The notes beneath the pieces were generated by a model. It saw only the letters and a program-made list of their open reading frames with translations. It had not been told where the DNA came from and did not search any database. Both the position numbers and the translations under genes were made by a program. Shown piece after piece: positions 51,497-63,668 of a DNA stretch of 64,000 nt (positions are counted from its first letter, which is position 1; each line of letters begins with the position of its first letter). Location of the stretch: NCBI RefSeq assembly GCF_039654945.1, contig NW_027361917.1:4650001-4714000 (forward strand). The letters are read 5' to 3'. Origin of the DNA: Dendrobates tinctorius (Eukaryota).

Positions 51497-52452
51497 CCGT
51501 ATATACTCGCGTATAAGCCGAGATTTTCAGCCCATTTTTTTGGGCTGAAAGTCCCCCTCTCGGCTTATACGCGAGTCATATACTGGGGTGGGGGTCGGCG
51601 GGGGAGTAGGAGCGGGGGTGTCAGAGACCATACTCACCCCGTCCAGGCACGTCTCTACAGCCCCCCCGCTTCTCCGTAGGTCTCCTGCACCTGTGTTCAG
51701 GGTTACGTGGTACCGCTCATTAAACTCATGAATATGCACATATTCATGAGCTTAATGAGCTGTACCACATGACCGTTGAACGAAGGAAGAAGACCGAGGG
51801 AGAAGCAGGGGCTGCAAAGACCGTGCAACAGGAGGGGTCGAGTATGACGGGGGTCTTTAAATATCGCCAGAGCCGGGGGCCTGAGCAAGCGGCGACACCA
51901 GCACCTGGAGGTATGTCATTTTTTTTTTTTTATTGCAGCAGCGGCAATATATGGGGGGTATTTATGGAGCATCTTAAGGGGCAGCATTAACCCTTGTGCA
52001 GCAGCATATGGGGGGTATTTATGGAGCATCTTATGAGGCAGCATTAACCCTTGTGCAGCTACATATGGGGGGTATTTATGGAGCATCTTATGGGGCAGCA
52101 TTAACCCTTGTGAAGAATATGGGGGGTATTCATGGAGCATTTTATAAGGCAGCATTAACCCTTGTGCAGCAGCATATGGGGGTATTTATGGAGCATCTTA
52201 TGGGGCAGCATTAACCCTTGTGCAGCAGCATATGGGGGGTATTTATGGAGCATCTTCTTGGGCCACTATTAACCCTTGTGCAGCATTTTATGGGGGGTAT
52301 TTATCTATGGAGCATCTTCTTGGACCACCATTAACCCTTGTGCAGCACTACCCTTGGCTTATACATGAGTCAATAAGTTTTCCCATTTTTTTGTGGCAAA
52401 ATTAGGGAGGGTTGGCTTATACGCGGGTCAGCTTATACACAAGTATATACGG
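51497..52452. mobile_element. pogo/Tigger-like MITE with internal tandem repeat of about 60 bp
   Basis: TA-ccgtatatactcgcgtataagc...gcttatacacaagtatatacgg-TA; tandem array at about 51935-52350. Confidence 0.85.
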
Positions 52453-52542
52453 TAGGTTGGAGTTATCACTTATTAGCTTACTTTTGGACACAATTTTTTT
52501 ACATGAAAATGTAGGCGGACATTGGTACATATTAATTAACTA

Positions 52543-52970
52543 CAAAACTCAAGATAAAAAGCGGACGGCACCGCTGTTACCGTGTGACTTCAAATGATGT
52601 GCGGCATACAGAAGCCCAACAGCTGGGAATCTCGGGTGCCAGACCTGGAAACAGTCAATCCTGGGAATCCATGCAAAGAGAAAAGGTCGCACTCATCGAG
52701 ATGGAAGTTTCACTGATTTATTGACATATCATAAACATGTCAAGTCGGGGGAGTGACATAAGGAGTGCAAGAAAGGCTGACAACGGCCGTTTCGCGCTGC
52801 TCGAGCGCTTCAACGGGTCCAAACCGTTGACGCGCTCGAGCAGCGCGAAACACCGTTGTCAGCCTTTCTTGCACTCCTTATGTCACTCCCCCGACTTGAC
52901 ATGTTTATGATATGTCAATAAATCAGTGAAACTTCCATCTCGATGAGTGCAACCTTTTCTCTTTGCATGG
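52543..52970. mobile_element. Hairpin-plus-tail retroelement (Penelope-like inverted pseudo-LTR)
   Basis: Near-perfect inverted repeat 52667-52972, a unique tail and 14-bp TSD atattaattaacta (52529-52542, 52971-52984). Confidence 0.78.
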
Positions 52971-52981
52971 ATATTAATTAA

Positions 52982-54274
52982 CTAGCTGAAGAGCCCGGTG
53001 TTGCCTGGGCATAGTAACCAACTGTGGTTAGTTATAACAAATTATAATGATTATATTGCACATAAAAACATTTCACATCATATATTCAACACTACAGATT
53101 TGCAACACAAATTAACTAAACGATTACCCAAGTATTGATAGTATTTTATTTTCAACTCATTCAAGAGCCTTTTGATAAACAACATTTTTGGTCTTTCCTT
53201 TCGGTGCAGAGATGAACAGATTTTTGGCAGTTCCAACTCTTGAACAGACCATGTAAAGTTGACCATGAGAAAAGCATGGAGATTGCAAGTGGATCCCTAC
53301 TACTTTCAAGGACTGTCCCTGAGCATTGTTAATGGACATTGCAAAAAGCAGTTGAACTGGAAACTGGAGGCATTTAAAATCAAATACTATCCTGTGTGAT
53401 ACCGTCTGCTGAGCCATGTATCTAATCCTATCCTGTGAGATACTGACTGCAGAGCCGTGTATCTAATCCTATTCTGTGTGATACTGACTGCTGAGCTGTG
53501 TATCTAATCCTATCCTGTGTGATACTGTCTGCTGAGCCATGTATCTATTCCTATTCTGTGTGATACTGACTGCTGAGCTGTGTATCTAATCTTATCCTGT
53601 GTGATACTGACTGCTGAGCTGTGTATCTAATCCTATCCTGTGTGATACTGACTGCTGAGCCATGTGTCTAATCCTCTCCTGTGTGATACTGACTGCTGAG
53701 CTGTGTATCTAATCCTATCCTGTGTGATACTGACTGCTGAGCCATGTATCTAATCCTATCCTGTGTGATACTGACTGCTGAGCAGTGTATCTAAACCTAT
53801 CCTGTGTGATACTGACTGCTGAGCTGTGCACCTAATCCTATCATGTGTGTTACTGACTGCTCAGCCGTGTATCTAATCTTATCCTGTGTGATACTGACTG
53901 CTCAGCCGTGTATCTAATCTTATCCTGTGTGATACTGACTGCTGAGCCGTGTATCTAAACCTATCCCGTGTGATACTGGGCTCCCCCTGCAGTCTGTGTC
54001 AGAGGATGGTCTGTGTTGGCACGGTAATAAATTGTGTTATTTCCAGCTTTACAGAAGGACGATAACACCATAGAAATGATAAGAATAAGAGCCAAAATTG
54101 TTTGGTGAATTGGAACGCGCGGGGTTAAAATTTTGCCACACAACATAGCCTATGACGCTCTCGAGGTCCAGATGTGTGACTGTGCAAAATTTTGTGGCTG
54201 TAGCTGCGACAGTGCAGATGCCTATCCCGGACACACACACATACATACACACACATTCAGCTTTATATATTAGA
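52982..54274 (-). mobile_element. Non-autonomous Helitron with a helicase C-terminal remnant
   Basis: 5' TCTAATATATAAAG; 3' hairpin gcccaggcaacaccgggc then CTAG; inserted between A and T. ORF 53157..53417 carries PIF1-type motifs QFPVQLLFAMSINNAQGQSL and HGQLYMVCSRV. Confidence 0.92.
53387..53978. repeat. 41-bp minisatellite inside the Helitron, about 14 copies
   Basis: Unit ctatcctgtgtgatactgactgctgagctgtgtatctaatc. Confidence 0.93.
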
Positions 54275-54286
54275 TACTAATATTAA

Positions 54287-54793
54287 AGGGAATATGTCGG
54301 TGGGCTCATCCCTTCTAAGCCGTCTATATGGGCATGAAGGTCACAGGAGGCTGAATACAATGATACTTTGATATCTGCAATCCCATGTCTTATTCCAGAG
54401 AAATTAACATTTTTCTTATATGTAAATGAGCTGTTCAAGACTATGGGCGGGACACTGATCTCCTGAGAATCTGCCTGCAGAGATTATTATAAATGAGCGG
54501 AGTGATACCAGTGTGAGACATGCAGATCAGGAGAGTGGACTGTCAGTCATTACATGTCTCACACTGGTAACTCTTGCCTTCTCATTTATAATAATCTCTG
54601 CAGAGATTCCCTGGAGATCTATGTCCGGCCCATAGATCTTTTCTGCTCATTTACATATTACGAGAAACGTGGATTTCTCTGGAATAAAACATCCGTGCGC
54701 AGATATCAAGGTGTCATTTCATTCCTCTTCCTATGACCTGTGTGCCCATATCGATGGTATAGGAGGAGGGTTGATACTACGGAGCGACTCCCT
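54287..54793. mobile_element. Kolobok/T2-type palindromic MITE
   Basis: TTAA-agggaatatgtcg...cgactccct-TTAA with long inverted arms. Confidence 0.8.
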
Positions 54794-56476
54794 TTAAGTA
54801 ATAATAGATCTAAGACGAAATGCAACAATTTGTGCTAAAATTTGTGCCATTTTCTGCCAGTGGCAGTGGGCTGATAATAGTAAGATGAAGGAAAAGGAGC
54901 CTTCTTAGTGTTGGGTCAGGGACTTCTCTGTGTTTGCATATAATATTAAACTACTGGCAGGCTGAAGGGAATCTGTGCGTCCTAACGTTTGTGCCGGTAA
55001 CTAGTATGTGTGCCCAGCGAGATCCTGTGTACTGGGTAAATAATCATTAACAATTAGCCGTCAGCGCATTTTCCATGTGCTCAGCAGTCTTTAGTAAGTA
55101 CTCGTATTTCCCAAGAAACAACCATTCTGGAGCTTTGGTGCGGGAACTGTGCCATGTGCCGCTCCTCTGTTATTCCTCTTGGAAATATATTAATAAACCG
55201 ACAGTGTATTTCCATTTCCATAAGGGTGTATCCCGGTACCATCTTACACGGTCAGCATGGAATAAACATTATCAGATTGAGTAAGGACTTAACGCCAACT
55301 GGTAACACCCAGTTATGAATTAATTAGGAATCAGAAATTAATTAGGAACGTTAGAGGAAAAGTACAGCGTTGTACTCTATTAAATCAGCCATGAGTGGAT
55401 GGTGTCTGGGAACTAAAATAGGTACTACCCTAATGATTTGGAATCGGTGACCCCCTACAATGCTTGATGGTGCTACTTCGGCCATGACATTGGTTACGAG
55501 ACCGGAGATCGCTCTATGCTCCGGTGATACTACGGCATAATGCAAAGGAATGGGGTCTTATTGAGATTCCTTGACTACCGCTACTGCGAAAAACACAAAA
55601 GATCTGATAGTTCCATCTTTATGCAACCTGACTGTCAATGTCGCGGGATCCAAGAGGTCACAGTAAGACCCCACTCTCCAGCATTATGCTGCAATATACT
55701 ATCAGGATAGACAATATTTAGCATGGGTGACCACTGAGGCGGCCAAAATCACTATGTATCCCCAGTCTAGGAACATGGATAATTCTATCCAAAAATAGAT
55801 GGCAAGGGTGGAAAAAAACTTTTGTTCTTTTGTATAATTGCACCCACTAGGTCAACTTTGATAAGATGTATAGTGGCCCCTGAAAAATATGTATGCCCCA
55901 CTGGTAATGTTATATAGCAATTTTAGGACATTAGGTTTTTTTTTTTTAACTTTTAGAAAAAAATGACGTCTCCAAAACAAATCTGTAGACGTCGAGTTTT
56001 CTACACATTTCTAAATAAATAGCACACCATGGTAAGAGCTATGCCACGGGTACGATACAGATTATTTACTCTACTCATGCCACAGAGACTGAGCTACATT
56101 CAATCTAGACAATACCGGCTCCTATAACTACAGGAGCGATAGAATAATATTTGCCATAAAAACATTGCAAGCAGTTATATTAGTGATGACAGCTCAGGCA
56201 CAGTCCTCACTACTAGCGCTATACATTCTGCCTTCTGCTATTCTCATCTAAAATTAGGACTGGATCACAGAGGGAACAAAGAAAATATTTCCAAACTTTT
56301 CAATTGGGAAGACTTTCCTTGCACTCTCCTCTGGAAACCATATTTGTTTTTTAGTAAAAAAAGAAAAAAAGGAAAAGGGAGTGAATCCCTGTGACGCTAA
56401 TGAAAAATAGACCTTGGATAAGAATTAGCGACTTCACAAAACATCCGGATGTGATAGATACTAGGGTCATGTAGGA

Positions 56477-56623
56477 AGACTGTAAGCTCTTACAGGCAGG
56501 GTCATTATTTTTGCTTTAATTATTGCATTATCTGTAACGTTGTTACTTATGAATTGTATATGAACTGTGGAATTGTAAAGCGCTGCGGAATATGTTAGCG
56601 CTATATAAATAAAGATTATTATT
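56477..56623 (+). mobile_element. L2 LINE 3' end fragment
   Basis: agactgtaagctc...gcaggg and tail tgtaaagcgctgcggaatatgttagcgctatataaataaagattattatt. Confidence 0.72.
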
Positions 56624-56967
56624 AGTCATATGATCACATCTGCTACTAATTACTTCAGTTGGGATACAATCGTTTTAGGACATTACCGTGAAGCCCTCTC
56701 TACCAGACTCATCTTTTAACCATGTTCAGCTGTAATTTAGCAAGCTACTGAATTGATCCTGTTAGATGTCTTCGGGCCCCCATACACATTAGACTAAAGT
56801 CAATAAACCTGCCAATATTGCCAGGTTTGGCCGACGGTCTAATGTGTATGGGGGGCACCATACGACTGATGGTTGGGAGAGATGACGACAGCACATGTCC
56901 AAGTTTGGACTGCATATCGCATTGTTCTCCTGGAGAAAAGCCGCTAGTTAACATGTCAGCCGGTGGA

Positions 56968-57632
56968 TTATAATGTCACTGGTGATCACTGTATTATCTG
57001 TAAACAATATATTATATAGAGTGATCCTGTGTATAATGTCACCGGTAATCAGTTTCATCTGTACAATATCTTATTCCTTCTATGTGGTATTATTCGGTCA
57101 CTTTGTGGTGGTAATATGTGGTCTGGTCATAGTGTGGTGGTATTTGTTCCTTGTATGTGGAACTATCCGGTCACTTTGTGGTGGTAATAGTGTAACGGTA
57201 TTTGTCCCTTGTATGTGGCATTATTGGTCATTTAAATAAAATGTATGTGATACATTCCCTTAAAGAAAAATAAATAAATCAAAATAAAAATGTTAATATC
57301 TAAAAAAAAGAGTATGAGATCTTTTAAGAAATGTTTAACAGGTTAGAGTGGAGAAGGGCCTGGCCAAAAGGGTCTCCTTGTTGTGGTGGCTTAAAAAATA
57401 TTTTGACCAAAACAAAAGCTGCTGGCTATGTTTGTGATCTGGTGTTAGATGGGAACTGTTAGTGTCTGATTAGTGAGGACATCGTGCAGAATTGGAGTTT
57501 TTCCAGGAGTGGGCGGTGAGACTAGAAGGTTCAATGGGTGGAGGCAGAGCTGGGGTGGAGCCTGGGCAGAGTCTCAATGGGGCCCAAAAATTTTGGCAGT
57601 ATGGGGCACTGAAATTTCTGGTGGCGGCCCTG
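56968..57632. mobile_element. Truncated copy (right end) of the hAT family at 15581-18486
   Basis: Collinear with 17600-18486; ends tggcggccctg. Confidence 0.85.
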
Positions 57633-58711
57633 TCGCAACCCATCAGCAAACCACAATAACTGCGTGAGAAGGAATGGGAGGATGATGGGTGCACCGGAAT
57701 GGAATGCCTCTGGGACTGCATACCTTAAATGTGACTGTCAGAGATTGACAGCCGCATTTTAGGGATCAACAGCAGCGACTGAAGTTCACCTCGCCAACTG
57801 CTGCTGTTACAGGCAGATACCAGCTGTATAGCACAGCTGGCATCACCTGGGTATGGTAGATGTTCAGCTCCTCAGTTCACTCGATATACTTAGACCCAAT
57901 ATGCACTGTACATGCAAGGTATATGTTGTTAAGGGGTTAATCTAATGTGTATGGGAGCCTTTAAGTGACAACTTGAGCTTAAATGATAGTGAACGAGAAA
58001 TAGGCAAACTGAAAATCAGAGTCTTTAAAAATGATGTTGCATTACCCCCGAAAATCACTCCAAAGTGTCAACCAGTAGGCGTTTCCCTGCCTGTTGTCAA
58101 GTGTAGTCCGCCTGTAGCAGCAGATACACCACAACAAATTATAGGATGTGGAAGTGGGTGTTTATTTGATTGCTTTTTTTCCACTGTTTTCCTGTCAAAC
58201 TTCATACAGGAACCAGATAAAGGATTTCAGTTCGAGCCACACCAGTAGGTGCATAGCATGCTGTGAGGAAAGGAAGTTCCAGTACCTATAGTGCTGGCAA
58301 ATACTGATGAAGTGGAACTACTGACTCAAAAAGAGTGCATGTCAAGTTACAGTAAATTTTGAATGGGGACAGTTCCAGGATATATTAGATTGGTATGTGC
58401 AAAAAAAGCAGTTTTAACTTCTGGGAATGAGAGTTGTAAGACTGCTTTTCTCCAGGTTTTGTGTACATTTGTAAGTAGTTTTTTTATGTATACAAATGTA
58501 TCATTACTGATCTTTCCACCACAAGATAGACTGTATATTAACAGTATTTATTATAAAATAAAGTAAGACCACACATATGGGAGCAACTCACAATTACCAT
58601 AACTTCTAAAACTGCCATATGTAAATTGTCTCTTCAGAGAGAAAGAGGACTAGAAGTCTAGCGCCACCTATAGGAAGCAGCAATCCTAAAAGTCATCAAG
58701 TCTTGTCACAT

Positions 58712-58714
<3 letters not shown>

Positions 58715-58768
<54 letters not shown>
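58715..58768. repeat. (AT)n microsatellite
   Basis: About 27 perfect AT units directly adjoining the hammerhead stem. Confidence 0.97.
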
Positions 58769-58771
<3 letters not shown>

Positions 58772-58850
58772 AAACCAGAATCCCAATTTGCAGACACTGT
58801 GTTTCAGGGTACTGCCCCTCATCAGTGCAAAGTGTGAGGTCTGGTTTGGC
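58769..58850 (-). ncRNA. Type I hammerhead ribozyme with extended stem I (retrozyme-like)
   Basis: Minus strand: gccaaaccaga..tttgca-CTGATGA-gggg(cagta)ccct-GAAAC-acagt-GTC-tgcaaa..tctggtttggc. Canonical core, 6-bp plus 11-bp stem I; predicted cleavage between 58793 and 58792. Confidence 0.85.
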
Positions 58851-59224
58851 TGTGTGCGAGTAAAGCTGCTATAGATATGAGCTTAACCTCTGGCAAAATG
58901 TGCTCTCTTCATCCCGCTGAAATCTATGACCTGCGTTATGTCAATAATCAACATTGCGGGTCAGTGAGTATACAGTCATAAGGAGACAGAGCTACACATC
59001 CAGTTAACTGGATGTATATGTCTTGTGTAATACAATTGACTCAGGAAATTCTGTCAAGTCAAACGTTTCTAAAATTAAAATGTTACGAAATAGCAGCCCA
59101 CAATTAGGGAATGGAAGTTTTAAGACTACTTGATTTTATGCACTTTTTTAACTTTTTGAACATATATTGGTATAATTATTATAAGACCAGGGAATATGAG
59201 GTGGTGATATTATGGATTCCAGTC

Positions 59225-59675
59225 TCACACTGGCCAGCAAACTCGCCTGACCCTAACCCCATAGAGAATACTGTAAAGAGGAAGATGAGACACCAGACCC
59301 CACAATACAGACGAGCTGAAGGCTGCTATCAAAGCAACCTGGGCTTCCATAACACCTCAGCAGTGCCACAGGCTGATCACCTCCATGGCACGCCGCATTG
59401 ATGCAGTAATTGATGCAAAAGGAGCCCTGACCAAGTATTACGGTAAGTGCATTTACTGAATATACGTTTCAGTAGGACATTTCGGATTTTAAAATCATTT
59501 TTCAAGCTGGTGTTATAAAGTATTCTAATTTACTGAGATAATGAATTTTGGGTTTTCATTGTCTGTAAGTCATAATCATCAACATTAACAGAAATAAACA
59601 CTTGAAATAGATCACTCTGTCTGTAATGACTCTATATAATATATGAGTGTCACTTTTTGTATTGAAGAACTGAAA
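59225..59675 (+). mobile_element. Tc1 3' fragment
   Basis: WPANSPDPNPIEN motif and C-terminal RRIDAVIDAKGALTKY followed by TIR-like sequence. Confidence 0.8.
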
Positions 59676-60186
59676 AAAAAAGTTGCAAAAACATGACAGA
59701 TAGAAAGCCCATTTTTTAACTTTGCAATAAGTTATGTGAATCATTTTGATGATTTTGGGGCCAAAAACACCAGACAAAAAGTGACAAACAAAATAAAATA
59801 AATATATATATATAAGTATAATGACGGCTTTCCTACTCAGTCGTAAGGCACATTTCTAGGGGCACACGTGCATATACTTGATGCCGTCTATCAGTGTGTG
59901 ACTGTTATCCCCCCTGGGGTCAGGTTCTAATAGGAATGAGTACGTGTGCTGTGTACAGCACCATGGCATATGTTGGTGTGATTGTGTGCTGTGTACAGCA
60001 CCATGGCATATGTTGGTGTGATTGAACTACTGATATGGATACCAGCGTAGCTCGCTTGGTCAGCAGAGATCACTGACCACTAACACCGGTGTAATATCTA
60101 CATACCGTAACAGTGCCATCAAGTGTAAAAAGCAAAGGACAAACTCTCCCGAGCTCCGACTCTCGCAGTGGTGCACGCAGCCTCAC

Positions 60187-60287
60187 CTCAAGCACTCGAT
60201 CAGCTCCTCTTCATGACGGACGCTGAATTCAGTCTGAACCATCTCCTGTTTCAATTCTCCAATCTCTGTGGCAATGGTGTCAATGAG
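60187..60287 (-). CDS. RIN2: RIN2 coding exon (N-terminal; LIDTIATEIGELKQEMVQTEFSVRHEEELIECL-S)
   Basis: 101 bp, acceptor ttcctcag and donor AG|gtgagg, phase 0 to 2. The peptide matches the RIN2 N-terminal LIDTIASEIGELKQEMV motif as recalled. Confidence 0.93.
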
Positions 60288-60996
60288 CTGAGGAAGGACA
60301 AAACACTGACGTGAGTGGCTGGAGGGCGTGCCGTGCTCTCGAACTTCAGCAGGTTTAGTCACTTGGTTGTGGAGCGGCAGTCGTGATTGTAAACCCGCAC
60401 GCCCTGAACTTCCCCAATACACGAGAAGCTGAATCAGAGGAGGACGATGCGGCACAGGAACTATTCCATCGCAGGCGGCATACACGCTGCCTCTCCCTCT
60501 ACTAACAGCCACATCTATGACTAGTACTGCTAATAAAACCCAAAGGTAGAAATCAGGAAGTGACCGGACCAGCCAGCACCACGCCATTACTGTACATTAT
60601 TATTACTGAAGGCATGTAAACACTAAGAACAAATGAGGACCGCAAATGATCGAAGTGCCGAAATTCACCTGCAAAACTTGTTCACAATTTAGAACATTCA
60701 GTTGGCTAAATTGTCAGATTCTTCCAATATTTTATTACTAAAGGACTGGGAAATACGGTAATTGGCCTTGTGTGATCTCTGGCCAAATTATAAAAAAAAA
60801 CAACAACTCAGACTTACACCAGTTTCACGTGCGTATTTTACGCTACGCCACCACGTTGAGCTTTCGGTAACTTTTTGATGTCACAGACTTTCTGCACCAT
60901 TTCTGCACCCATGAAGTAAAATAGGTTACTTGCATTTCTATGAAAATATGCAGCTCAAAAAGCTCACCCAAAACTCATCATGGGAGGCTAGCCTTA

Positions 60997-62499
60997 GGCT
61001 GGAGTCACACACAACGTATAAAAAATCGGTCCATTTTACACGGACACTAATCGCAGAAATGTTCCCTGAACAGTGACCCGTAAGTAATCCGTGTGCAATG
61101 CGAGGATGCGATTTTCTCGCATCTAAGCATCTGTATGGCATCCATATGGCGAGATTTTCTCGCCGGCTTGCAAAATGGACATATAATTGATCCTGGCCTC
61201 GAAAATCATAGATAAATAATGTGGAGGCCTATTTATTGGCTCCACAAGTTCCATCCTACAAGCGCCAAAAAATTGTGTGGGCTCCTGCGCAATTTTCTTC
61301 GCCAGAGAGGGAAAGCCAACGGCCGGGGCTGATATTTGTAGCCTGGGAAGGGGTTAATACCCATGGATCTTCCCAGGCTATGAATATCAGCCCGCAGCTG
61401 TACATTTAGCCTTTACTGGCTATTCTAATAGGGAGACCCCAAAAAAATGAAGTGGGGTCCCCCTATAATTAATAGCCAGAAAGGCTACGCAGACAGCTGC
61501 GGGCTGATATTCATAGCCTAGGAAGGGGCCATGGATATTGACCCCCTGGCTAAAAATACCAGCACACAGCCGCCCTAGATGATATATTGTTTCCTTTTTA
61601 TTTTATTTTTTACAGGAGAACGAGGGCTTCGCTTGGATTGGGAGTTTAATAAAGATGGCAAACCTGTGTGCTTAATTATTTCATTAATAGACTTTATTCT
61701 TAATGTGTTTTTTAACCCTTACATACTATTGGATTAATAATGGATAGGTGTCTTATTGACACCTCTCCATTATTAACCCCTTATTACCCCCATATGCCAC
61801 CGCTACAGGGCAATAGGAAGAGATAGGCTAAGTGCCAGAATTGACGTGTCTTTTAGATGGGCCTTTTTTGGGGTGGCTGGGGGCAGATGTTTTTAGTCGG
61901 GTGGGGGGGCAATAACAATGGTCCCTCTCTAGGCTATTAATATCTGCCCTCAGTCATTGGCTTGCCCTCTCTGGCGTAGAAAAGTGTGCGGGAGCCCACA
62001 CAATTTTTTTACATGAATAAATTTGTTAATGTAACACTTACATCTCCCAAATTTAACACACACATAGTACTAACATTATTAGTCAAGGACATATATAAAT
62101 CTAACTGATATGCAAAGGTTTACTGTATGTAAACCATGTGTCATATCCTGTTGGCTTCTGCAATGATTTTACAGAAGCCGACAATTGATTGTGATTTTAC
62201 AATACAGCACCCTGAATTGCCGGCTTTTCAAAGGACACCGGTGCGTATTTCTCGAAAGTCACACGCATGGTCCGTGTGTAATCCGTTTTTTTCTTGCACC
62301 CATAGACTTGCATTGGCGCATTTCGGCCAAGATATGGTGCAAATTGCAGCAAGCTGCGATTTCTCTCGCACGTATAATACAGCCGAGAAGAGAACGGATG
62401 ATGGAAGCTGCTCCATAGATTAATATTGGTCCGAGTGCAATGCAAATTTTTATCGCATAGCACTCGTCCGTATTCCGTATTTCTAGTGTGACTCCGGCC
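60997..62499. mobile_element. Non-autonomous PIF/Harbinger element
   Basis: TIRs ggctggagtcacac / gtgtgactccggcc with TTA TSD on both sides. Confidence 0.85.
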
Positions 62500-62867
62500 T
62501 TAGAGTCTGAGTACGGACGGTAATGTACAGACTGACTGCGGGTCTCCAGACATGAAACCGACACTCATAGGCAAGGTCAGGCCGTATAGTGTGGTGTGAA
62601 CTCACACCATCAAACATGTGTAAAACCAGCCTTAAAAGGGTTGTCCGACAAAGTACATTTTAATCGATGGATCTTGGAATAATAAGTTCCACAATTGAAT
62701 GTTTTTAAAAAAATGTTCATGTGTTGAGACAATATTACAAAATAAGACCTATTGATGTACTTTGTTCATGGGACAACCTCACTAAGCTTGACACCTGATA
62801 AACTAAGCATCATATTGTTAGATTGCCATTTAAGTAATTGCCTATCACTGTAACTAAAAAAGGAGCT

Positions 62868-63275
62868 ATTCCCTGCAGCTGCCCCCCATGCACCATTCAC
62901 TGCAGCTTCCCCCATGCACCATTCTCTTCAGCTACCCCCCAAGCACCATTCCCTGCAGCTGTCCTCCATGCACCATTCCCTGCAGCTGTCCTCAATGCAC
63001 CATTCCCTGCAGCTGTCCTCCATGCACCATTCCCTTCAGCTGTCCTCCATGCACCATTCCCTGCAGCTGTCCTCCATGCACCATTCCCTGCAGCTGTCCT
63101 CCATGCACCATTCCCTGCAGCTGTCCTCCATGCACCATTCCCTGAAGCTGTCCTCCATGCACCATTCCCTGCAGCTGTCCTCCATGCACCATTCCCTGCA
63201 GCTGTCCTCCATGCAACATTCCCTGCAGCTCCCCTCCAGGCACCATTCCATGCAGCTGCCCTCCAGGCACCATCA
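62868..63275. repeat. 27-bp minisatellite, about 15 copies
   Basis: Unit ccattccctgcagctgtcctccatgca. Confidence 0.93.
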
Positions 63276-63668
63276 GCAGAATACAGATGCCATTATGACA
63301 CCTTTCTTAATGGGCTGAACAACAGGACTGTACTGACAAAGTATCAACTACTTAGACTGTGTCACCAAGGTGGTCAGCCTCGGTGATGTGAAGCCGAAAA
63401 GCAAGCTCTAGCACCATTTGTGCTGAGAGGGTTTTTTCTAATGGATCCAGGTTTTAAGAGCAGCTAGAGGAGTTGTCTAACAGGTTTACCGCGACAGAGA
63501 GGAGCAAGAAGACCGCAACGTCTGATTTCTCCTACTCCTGCACTGATTACAAGCACTTCAGTTGAGTTCTCCTGTAAGCTTTCCTGCTTTAAGGCTCAGC
63601 TGTGCATTGTTAGCCTTCCATCTATATAATCTGAGTCCTGGCTAGCACTCATTTTCATAGCAGCTTCA

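Noticed and set aside
53387-53978. Regularly spaced repeats as a possible CRISPR array
   Set aside because: Contiguous tandem units with no unique spacers, in a eukaryotic intron.
60288-60587. Upstream extension of ORF 60183..60587 as coding sequence
   Set aside because: RIN2 similarity begins exactly at the acceptor at 60287; the upstream part is intron read-through.
62838-63386. Small proline-rich or keratin-associated-like ORFs (CSCPPCTIP repeats)
   Set aside because: 27-bp minisatellite open in five listed frames, with no gene structure.
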